A model generated the notes under the pieces. The model ran no database searches. It was not told where the DNA came from and saw only the letters and a list, made by a program, of their open reading frames with translations. Positions 56,772 through 64,000 of a stretch of DNA of 64,000 bases are shown piece by piece. The position numbers were made by a program, and so were the translations under genes. Origin of the DNA: an uncultured bacterium (GTDB taxonomy: Bacteria; Krumholzibacteriota; Krumholzibacteriia; LZORAL124-64-63); contig CAVSGO010000005.1 of NCBI GenBank assembly GCA_963727525.1, positions 224,001 to 288,000 on the forward strand, in the 5' to 3' direction. Position 1 is the first letter of the stretch. The number at the start of each line of letters is the position of its first letter.

Positions 56772-57950
56772 TCACACCCGCCCCCGCGGTTCCTCGCCCA
56801 GTTCCCGCCCCAGCGCTGCCACGAGCCTCTCGATATCGTGCGCGGCATTGTACCCCTGGCACGAGATCCGGACATAAGGCCGGTCCTGCCAGGTGAACAC
56901 GGGGATCTCGATGCCGTGCACGTCCCGTAGCGCGCGCTGAAGTCGATCGCGGTCGCAGGGCGGCAGAGGCAGCGTCTGCATCTGGAGGGGCTCGGCCGCA
57001 TCATGCAGGCAAAGAGGCGCCAGGCCGGTAAGGCGGTTGATCGCCGCGCTGGCATGCTGCACGAGTGCTTGGCAGCGCGCCTGCACGGCGGGCCAGTCGT
57101 GGTCGCGACGGAAATCGAGGGCGGCAGGAACGGCGAGGGCGGCAGCGGGATCGCGGGTGCCTGTCCACTCCTGCTCGTCGACGAAGCGGCTCGGGCCCGG
57201 GTGGGTGCTGCGCCAGCCCCAGCTCACCACCAGCGGCTCGAGGAGCGGCTGCACCTCGGGTCGCGCGTGGAGGAATGCGGCGCCCTTCGGGGCCATCAGC
57301 CACTTGTGGCAGTTGCCGGCGTAGAAATCGGCGCCGAGGGCATCGAGGTCGAGGTCGATCTGGCCGGGCGCGTGGGCGCCGTCGATCACGGTGGTGATGC
57401 CGGCATCGCGGGCGCGTCGCACCAGCTCGGCCACCGGGAACACGAGGGCCGTGGCACTGGTGATGTGGCTGAGGAAGAGCACGCGCGTGCGGTCGGTGAC
57501 GTGAGACCAGATCTGCTCCACGATCGCCCCGGCCGCCACCACGGGTACCATGACCGGTGCCTTCACATAACGCGCGCCCTGCTTCTCGCAGAGGAACGTC
57601 CACATGCGATCCATGGCACCGTACTCGTGATCGGTGGTGAGGACCTCGTCGCCGCGGTCGAGGGCCAGCGAGCGAGCCACGATGTTCAGACCGGTGGTGG
57701 CGTTGGGCACGAACACCAAGTCGTCGATACGCGCTCCGACGAACGCGGCAAGCACCGCGCGCGCCCCCCGCATGCGCCCGGGCAACGTGCGTTCCTCGTG
57801 AAGGAAGTCCACCGGCTCGCGCTCCAGTTCGCGCTGCAACCGCTGGTATTCCTCGTGAACCGGCCGCGGGCAGGCGCCGAACGAACCGTGGTTCAGGAAC
57901 ACGACGTCGTCGCGAAGGAGGAAGAGTTGGCGCAGGTTCGTGTCGATCAT
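56772..57950 (-). CDS. Class V PLP aminotransferase (isopenicillin-N epimerase/EgtE-like)
   Basis: FLNHGSFGACP, NATTG, DGAHAPG, NCHKW, GTRD. Confidence 0.9.
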   Translation of the reverse strand: MIDTNLRQLFLLRDDVVFLNHGSFGACPRPVHEEYQRLQRELEREPVDFLHEERTLPGRMRGARAVLAAFVGARIDDLVFVPNATTGLNIVARSLALDRGDEVLTTDHEYGAMDRMWTFLCEKQGARYVKAPVMVPVVAAGAIVEQIWSHVTDRTRVLFLSHITSATALVFPVAELVRRARDAGITTVIDGAHAPGQIDLDLDALGADFYAGNCHKWLMAPKGAAFLHARPEVQPLLEPLVVSWGWRSTHPGPSRFVDEQEWTGTRDPAAALAVPAALDFRRDHDWPAVQARCQALVQHASAAINRLTGLAPLCLHDAAEPLQMQTLPLPPCDRDRLQRALRDVHGIEIPVFTWQDRPYVRISCQGYNAAHDIERLVAALGRELGEEPRGRV

Positions 57951-58312
57951 CCAGGCAGACTAAGCCCGCGGCGTTGACCTGCCAAGTCGCGTCTCGGCTG
58001 CTCGTGTTCGCCGGCGCTCGCGGGGTTTCTGCGGGAACGGGCGACCTCCGCGCCGCCTCGACCGGCGCGTTTCGGGCGCCCCCGCCATGACCACCAAGCC
58101 GTTGATACTCCGCCCTTTCTCCGCGGCCGAGCGACCTTGCCGGCGGCGTCCGCGCGGCTCTGAACACTGCAAGTCGCTGCTCAAGACGAGAAACGTGCAT
58201 CGCCGCGCCCGGCCCTGTAGGGTCGAACGTTCCCACCCGGCCATCAACAATGGCGCCGGCGCAACCTCCGGTCGCGCGCGCCTCATCGATTCGAAGTGAA
58301 GGAGGCCACCCG

Positions 58313-58714
58313 ATGCGATCCCCCCGAACCCTTCGCGGCGCACTGGTCATCGGCGTCATCACGTTGTTTCTCGCGGTCATCGCGATCGCCACAACCGACC
58401 CGCCGACGGCGCGGGCCACCGTACCGCATCTCGATCCACGGACTCGCGCGCACGCGCTGACCTTCACCGACGACCGCGCCGGCCTGGCGCCCTTGCCGCC
58501 GACTGCGACCGAACAGGTCAAGCTCGACGCGGCGCGCGCGGCCTGCGACGCCGCCGAGGCGGCCGGCACCCGCTGGATCGCCCCATCACCAGATCGCGCG
58601 ACGACGGCCGACGCAACAACCGCGCAGCGCAAGCTCGAACGCCTTCGCCACCAGCCGCCTCAGCCGCGGGCTCAACATCCGGGCATCCCCGCCAACGCAC
58701 AGGGAGGTGGATGA
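58313..58714 (+). CDS. Small exported hypothetical protein coupled to the protease gene
   Basis: AAGGAGG RBS, N-terminal hydrophobic helix, stop overlaps the next ATG. Confidence 0.6.
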   Translation: MRSPRTLRGALVIGVITLFLAVIAIATTDPPTARATVPHLDPRTRAHALTFTDDRAGLAPLPPTATEQVKLDAARAACDAAEAAGTRWIAPSPDRATTADATTAQRKLERLRHQPPQPRAQHPGIPANAQGGG

Positions 58715-61700
58715 TGCGACGCCTTTCTATCCTGATCGCCACCGCGCCGCTGGCCGCGAGCCTCGCCTTCGCTCCCGCGGCGCGGGCGCAGACGCTTCCC
58801 CGTGTCGGAACGATCGACAACGCCACCCTGGCGCACCACGCTGCGGCGCCGGCCCTCGATCCGGGCGCGATCGCACCTTGCCGCGTCGTCGCCCTCGACG
58901 ACGCGTCCACCGCGCTCGATCCGGTCACGGATAACGACGCCGCGCACTACGCGCGAGGCTCGGTGCTCGTGATGCTGGTGTTCGTCGACCATGCCGGTGG
59001 AACCTGGACGGTCGACGAACGCAACGAGCAAGCCGCCAAGGTCCGCGACTCCGAAGCGTTCTACCGTCAGTACCTGCCGGCTGCCGGATTCCTGACGTTC
59101 GATCACGAGAACTCCGCGAGCTATTACTACTATCAACCAGAGCTGGATTACGACCTCAACGACTACGCCGACTTCGAGAACTGGATGGTCACCGACGCCG
59201 CGGAGGCCATCGGCTTCACGAACGACGACGGCGACGGCTCGGTGATCGACGAGATGACATTCTGGCTGCAGGGGCAGCTCGGCGGCTGGAACAACGTGAT
59301 CGCCATCTTCATCCCGGCCGATTACTCCTTCGAGACCGCCGAAGCGGGCTGGACCACGTCTTGGTGCAAGGTGAGCCCCGACATGTCCTGGGGCACCATG
59401 GCCCACGAGTGGGGCCACGTCTTCGGCGCCTGCGACGAGGGCGGCGGCCCGGCCGGATGCAACGGTCTGAGCTGCAACGACGTGTGTATGAGCTACTATC
59501 TCGTGGACCAGGTGCCCAATGGCAACTGCACGAGCTGCCCTGGCGATGTGCCGTGCATCATGCAGGGCTATGTCAACGTGCCACCTTGCGCGTACACCTA
59601 CCGCAACTGGGCCTGGGTCGATGCCGACGGCAGCGGCCTGCTGGACAACACCATTGGCTGGGACGTGGACGCCCAGAACACATATACCATCTGGGAGATG
59701 TTCCACAACGGGTGGCTCATCAACACGAATACCGACTGGGGGTTCGTCGCGAACCAGCGCTGGCATTCCTGGTCGGCGGTCGGCGTACGCTCACGCGGAA
59801 GCTCCGACTACGCCATGTCCGTGTACGGCGACAACAACCGCAGCCACCACCTGGCGTCGGACTTCTTCTCCAACGGCATCCATTTCGTCGTCGGCGACTT
59901 CAATCACAACAACCTCGGCGAGAACCACATTCGTCTCTACAACCTTGGAGGCGCGGGGCAGTACGTCCTGTCGTACGAGGCCGGTGACCAGGTACTGTAC
60001 CCCGACGGCGTCGATCGATCGCAAAGCTGGGCGTCGACCAACGTCGTGAAGGCCTTCGACGTGCCCCTCTTCGCCGGCGAGACCATCGCCGTCCAGATGG
60101 ATATCGACACGCCGGGCCTGGACATGGGCATGGCGCTCTTCCGGTCCAACGGCGGTACCTACTATGCGCCGCGCACGAGCGCCGTGTGGGAAGCGGACGA
60201 CTGGCCGGCGGGCATCTCCGAGGCCTATACCTACGACGTGCCGGCCGACGACGTGTACGGCCTCGTGGTCTGGTCCAACAACGAACTGGCCGGGAACTTC
60301 TCGATCAAGATCGGTCCCTCGGTCCAGCAACTCGCAGAGGCGACGCCCTTCACGTCGAGCCTGGATCTGCGCCTATTCTCGTTCCAGCCGAATGCATTCT
60401 CGTGGGCCGTGGCTGCGGCGCGACCGGGCGCCTCGTCGAACCTACGCTTGAGCCTCTTCGACGATGCGGCCTTCACTGACATTCTGGGCACCTCCGGCGC
60501 CTACCCGAATGTGGAGTTCATTGCCGCCGACTACAATCCGGGCCATACCACCAACGACTACCTACGCGTCGTGCGGCAGAGTGGCGTGACGGCCTATCGC
60601 ACCGAATGGGAACAGGGTGACGACATCCTCGGAGGATTCTACGACGGCGACTGGCAGGCGAATCACGTCGCCAAGGTCTGGGACGCTCACCTGATCGGCG
60701 GCCAGGCCTATCGTGTACAGATGTACGAGAGCTTCCTCAGCTTGCTGGACACCGGTATCTACCTCATGAGCTCGGCCGACGGCGACCGCTATGTCCAGCG
60801 CAGCGGCGCCGCGGCAGGCAGCAACGGTCTGAGCAACCTCGGCGAGTGGTTCACCTACACCCCCACCCAGACCGACTGGTACGGCATCGTGGCGATCGCC
60901 AACGACGACAACGCCGGCACGTACACCGTGGGCGTGGGGCCGTACACCGTCCTGCCGCAGCAGGTGCCGCGCGTGTTCCCCGACGAGGTCGTCTGGGCCG
61001 ATGTCGGGGTCGGTTCGGGATCTTGGTCGGCTGTCGCGGTGCGGCCCGAGGTCGGCTCGACATCCCTGATCGCGCTGTGGGATTGCGAGGATCGCTTCCT
61101 CGACTGCTTCGTGACCTCCGACTACAGCGGCGACCACGTGCGCACCATCGCCATCGACGGCCACCACGCCGTGGCCCAGACCTACTACGCGCGCGCTGAG
61201 CGCACGAGCGGTCTCGGCTCGCAAGCCCTCTCGTTCGACACCGCGAGCGCGACCGACATCGTGTTCGACCCGCAGCATCTCGTGCAGCGCCAGGCCGGTT
61301 TTGTGGCCGACGAGGTGGTGCAGGCCTGGGATCTGCGCGTCGTGGCGGCACCGGCAACTCTGCGCATCTCGGTCGCACCGCAGGATGCCGGCGTGGATCT
61401 GGGATTGAGCGTGTTCGACTCCCAGTCGGGCGCGTATTTCCAGGCGTCGACCGCCGCGATCGCCTCCGCAGACGGCGCCGGCCCCGGCGGCAGCGAGCAC
61501 GTGGTTTTCGATGTCGCCACCAACGACGTCTACGGCCTCGTGATCACGAATCGCAACGGCGCGGCGGGCGACTACACGATCTACGTGGAGGCGGACGAGG
61601 GTACGTCGACGCCGGAGGCGACGCCCGTGTCTCTGGCGCTCCTGCCCAGCTCACCCAATCCCTTCAACCCGCGCACGACGGTGCGCTACACGCTGCCCGC

Positions 61701-61908
61701 GGCGGCAACCGTCGACCTGGCGATCTACGACCTGCAGGGCCGGCGCCTGCGCCAGCTGCTAGCGGGCGGCATACAGGCGTCCGGCACTCACGCCGTGGTT
61801 TTCGACGGCACGGACGACGCGGGCGCGACGCTCGGCGCCGGCGTGTACCTCTGCCGCCTCGCCGCGGACGGCAAGGTCTTCAATCAGAAACTGACGCTTG
61901 TGAAGTGA
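58711..61908 (+). CDS. Secreted Zn-metalloprotease (HExxH) with tandem beta-sandwich repeats and FlgD-Ig C-terminal domain
   Basis: AHEWGHVFGACDE, CIM Met-turn-like motif, three two-part repeats, SSPNPFNP...LTLVK. Confidence 0.85.
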   Translation: MMRRLSILIATAPLAASLAFAPAARAQTLPRVGTIDNATLAHHAAAPALDPGAIAPCRVVALDDASTALDPVTDNDAAHYARGSVLVMLVFVDHAGGTWTVDERNEQAAKVRDSEAFYRQYLPAAGFLTFDHENSASYYYYQPELDYDLNDYADFENWMVTDAAEAIGFTNDDGDGSVIDEMTFWLQGQLGGWNNVIAIFIPADYSFETAEAGWTTSWCKVSPDMSWGTMAHEWGHVFGACDEGGGPAGCNGLSCNDVCMSYYLVDQVPNGNCTSCPGDVPCIMQGYVNVPPCAYTYRNWAWVDADGSGLLDNTIGWDVDAQNTYTIWEMFHNGWLINTNTDWGFVANQRWHSWSAVGVRSRGSSDYAMSVYGDNNRSHHLASDFFSNGIHFVVGDFNHNNLGENHIRLYNLGGAGQYVLSYEAGDQVLYPDGVDRSQSWASTNVVKAFDVPLFAGETIAVQMDIDTPGLDMGMALFRSNGGTYYAPRTSAVWEADDWPAGISEAYTYDVPADDVYGLVVWSNNELAGNFSIKIGPSVQQLAEATPFTSSLDLRLFSFQPNAFSWAVAAARPGASSNLRLSLFDDAAFTDILGTSGAYPNVEFIAADYNPGHTTNDYLRVVRQSGVTAYRTEWEQGDDILGGFYDGDWQANHVAKVWDAHLIGGQAYRVQMYESFLSLLDTGIYLMSSADGDRYVQRSGAAAGSNGLSNLGEWFTYTPTQTDWYGIVAIANDDNAGTYTVGVGPYTVLPQQVPRVFPDEVVWADVGVGSGSWSAVAVRPEVGSTSLIALWDCEDRFLDCFVTSDYSGDHVRTIAIDGHHAVAQTYYARAERTSGLGSQALSFDTASATDIVFDPQHLVQRQAGFVADEVVQAWDLRVVAAPATLRISVAPQDAGVDLGLSVFDSQSGAYFQASTAAIASADGAGPGGSEHVVFDVATNDVYGLVITNRNGAAGDYTIYVEADEGTSTPEATPVSLALLPSSPNPFNPRTTVRYTLPAAATVDLAIYDLQGRRLRQLLAGGIQASGTHAVVFDGTDDAGATLGAGVYLCRLAADGKVFNQKLTLVK

Positions 61909-62063
61909 TGGATTCACCCCGCAGGCGTTCACTCCATCCGGCCCCGGTCGCGCGCGATCGGGGCCGTGCTTCGATTTGCATCACCCCAACCCGTGCACTA
62001 CCGTTCGCGCAACGCGTCCCTGCCGCCGCATGCGCGGCGCGCCCGATCCCCCGCGAGGTCACC

Positions 62064-62591
62064 GTGAGCTACGTCGACTGGGTCCGCGCCCATCCCCTGC
62101 TCTCCGCCGCCGTCCAGTTCGGCGTTCTCGGCACCCTGGGAGAGGTCGTGAGCGCGTGGTTGCGCGCCCGGCGCCCCGCGCTGCCGTGCACCTGGCCGCA
62201 GCTCGCCCTCAAGGTGCTGGCGTGGGCGCTGCTGGGGCTGGTGATCAAGTATGGCTTCGCGCTCATGAAGGGCGGCGCCCGCTCGCTCGTGGATCACGGC
62301 CTCGTGCCGGCGGCGCTGGGGGCGGGTGTGGGCTGGGCGTTCCTCGTGTCGGTGCTCACCAACACCCTCTTCGGGCCGCAGATGATGGCGATGCACCGGG
62401 TGGAGGACAATCTCATCCTCGGCCAGCGCGGGTTCGCGGGCATCCAGCGCGCGTGGAAGACGCTCGTGTGGTTCTGGATCCCGGCCCACACCGTCACCTT
62501 CAGCCTGCCGGTGGACTACCAGATCGGGCTGGCGGCGGTGTGGTCGGTGGCACTGGGGATCATCCTGGGACTGACGAGCCGGCGTCAGTAG
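62064..62591 (+). CDS. Mpv17/PMP22-like membrane protein
   Basis: QFGVLGTLGE, FGP.MM..HR, WFWIPAHTVTF.LP. Confidence 0.7.
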   Translation: MSYVDWVRAHPLLSAAVQFGVLGTLGEVVSAWLRARRPALPCTWPQLALKVLAWALLGLVIKYGFALMKGGARSLVDHGLVPAALGAGVGWAFLVSVLTNTLFGPQMMAMHRVEDNLILGQRGFAGIQRAWKTLVWFWIPAHTVTFSLPVDYQIGLAAVWSVALGIILGLTSRRQ

Positions 62592-62866
62592 CGGCGCCGC
62601 GGCGCCGGGGCGCCCTTGTCGCGGGCCACGTTCACGCGGATCCGGTGCCCGCGCACCTCCGTGCCGTCGAGGTCGTCGACCGCCGGCAGCACGCTGTCCG
62701 CGGACGCCATCGTGACGAAAGCGAACCCGCGCGAACATCCCGCGTCGTCGCGCATGAGCACGACCCGCGCCACCTCCCCGTAGGGAGCGAAGAGCTGGCG
62801 CAGGTCGTCTTCCGTCAGGTCGAGCGGGAGCTTGCCCGCGTAGATCTCGCCCGATCCGCCGTTCAC
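62585..62866 (-). CDS. RRM RNA-binding protein
   Basis: RNP2-like IYAGKL, RNP1 RGFAFVTM, IRVNVAR. GTG overlaps the upstream stop. Confidence 0.88.
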   Translation of the reverse strand: MNGGSGEIYAGKLPLDLTEDDLRQLFAPYGEVARVVLMRDDAGCSRGFAFVTMASADSVLPAVDDLDGTEVRGHRIRVNVARDKGAPAPRRRY

Positions 62867-63396
62867 GAGATCTTGACGACCACGGGCACGGGGACATCGG
62901 AGGGGCGCAGACAGACCTTGTTGTTGCAAGCCTGGGCGGCGAGGCTCAGATCTAGCGTCACCTCGCCGGTGGCGTTCGCGGGGATCTTGGCCGTCACCTT
63001 CAGTGTCTGCACACCCTCGTGCATCATGACGGCGTCACCCATGAAATCGCCCTTCACCGGATCGGGGTAGACCACGGTGACGTCCTTCACCGGCGATTCC
63101 TCGGTGGGGGTGAGATCGATGCCGATGTAGTAGCTCTCCGGATCCTCGGCGTAGCCATGGGCATAGAGATGCCAGTGCTCGGCGATCGTCACCTTCACGT
63201 CGAAGGTCACCGTGGCGCCGGCCTTGGCCTCGAGCTTCGGCGGCACGGCCACCGCCTTCACGACGTCGGCCGTCGACCGGGGCTTGGCGGGCGCCGCCGC
63301 GGGTTCGTCGCCACCGGCGCAGGCGACACCCGATGCGGCGAGCAACACGATGAGGATGGGGATCAGCCGCATACGGACGATGGTCGAGCGAAGCAT
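62863..63396 (-). CDS. DsbD N-terminal-like thiol:disulfide interchange domain protein
   Basis: WHLY, QACNNKVCLRP; signal or lipoprotein peptide. Confidence 0.8.
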   Translation of the reverse strand: MLRSTIVRMRLIPILIVLLAASGVACAGGDEPAAAPAKPRSTADVVKAVAVPPKLEAKAGATVTFDVKVTIAEHWHLYAHGYAEDPESYYIGIDLTPTEESPVKDVTVVYPDPVKGDFMGDAVMMHEGVQTLKVTAKIPANATGEVTLDLSLAAQACNNKVCLRPSDVPVPVVVKIS

Positions 63397-63430
63397 GGTC
63401 TCTCCTCGGTTCATGTTCGGGTCGGGTTGA

Positions 63431-64000
63431 TCAGGACGTCATCGCGTCCTGCGCATGCAGGATCCGATCGGCCGACCGGCGCAGGACCCGCACCAGCCGC
63501 TCGATGTTCTCGCGTTTCATCCGGCGATTTTCCACGTTCACGCGCAAGGCCACCCGGCCGCCGAGTACCGTGTAGCTGAACCAGGCATCTCCCTCGCGCT
63601 CCACCAGTTCCTGCAGCTGACGGTTGAGCCGGTCGGTCTCGCGCTCGTTGAACCGCGGCTGCCCCTTCGGGTTCCGCGGCACCCAGCGGAAGTTGCAGAT
63701 ACCCAGGGTATTGGGCCCCAGGAGCTCGAAATCACGCTCTCGCCGCAGGATGGCCGCCAGCAGGCGGGCCAGATAGATGTCGTTCTCGACCCAGGCGCCG
63801 AACTGGCGACGGCCGATGAGCTTGAGCGCCATCCACACCTTCAGGGCGTTGAAGCGCCGGCTGCCCTCCACACCATACTGGAAGAAGTTCACCTTGTCGC
63901 CCATGTGGAAGCCGCGCTGGTCGGGGATGATGCGCCGCCCCTGATCATCGTACTCCACCAACTCGCCGTTCTCGCCCGCCTTGACCTTGGCCATGTAGTA
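63431..64000 (-). CDS. Group II PLP-dependent decarboxylase, 5' end outside the window
   Basis: EGSRRFNALKVW, LGICNFR, WFSYT.L.G..ALR. Confidence 0.85.
   Translation of the reverse strand, partial: YYMAKVKAGENGELVEYDDQGRRIIPDQRGFHMGDKVNFFQYGVEGSRRFNALKVWMALKLIGRRQFGAWVENDIYLARLLAAILRRERDFELLGPNTLGICNFRWVPRNPKGQPRFNERETDRLNRQLQELVEREGDAWFSYTVLGGRVALRVNVENRRMKRENIERLVRVLRRSADRILHAQDAMTS

Noticed and set aside
56772-57950. Beta-lactam biosynthesis (cefD)
   Set aside because: The family is widespread and no other beta-lactam genes are nearby.

Overview
GC-rich bacterial chromosomal window with about 55 genes. I saw no rRNA, tRNA, CRISPR array or prophage. Five secreted proteins end in FlgD-Ig/T9SS-like domains (..PNPFN...LVK) and three end in a SWSx[VI]K[AS]L[FY] tail. 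This suggests an FCB-group candidate phylum such as Ca. Krumholzibacteriota or a relative (inference). Recognisable content: a KamA radical SAM gene (cut by the left edge), a transporter/thioesterase/two-component operon divergent from amt plus a porin, sthA, a PNAG (pgaD-pgaC-pgaA-icaB-like) operon, an IS1-like element with 21-bp inverted repeats, an Mdt-type RND pump, NfeD-flotillin, a beta-glucan (GH16) cluster, a large secreted Zn-metalloprotease, and a PLP decarboxylase (cut by the right edge). Several loci are decayed by internal deletions or nonsense codons: an RCC1 remnant, a DUF3857/transglutaminase pair, mntR-mntH and a beta-helix/dockerin-like gene. The most interesting signal is a possibly undescribed surface-protein sorting and assembly system: a short conserved C-terminal tail on three unrelated exported proteins, alternating with FlgD-type C-terminal domains, plus a dockerin-like/cohesin-like gene pair. 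Other notable signals are the C-to-G skew reversal inside the IS and several clear operator motifs. All family assignments are from motif recognition only; no database searches were run.
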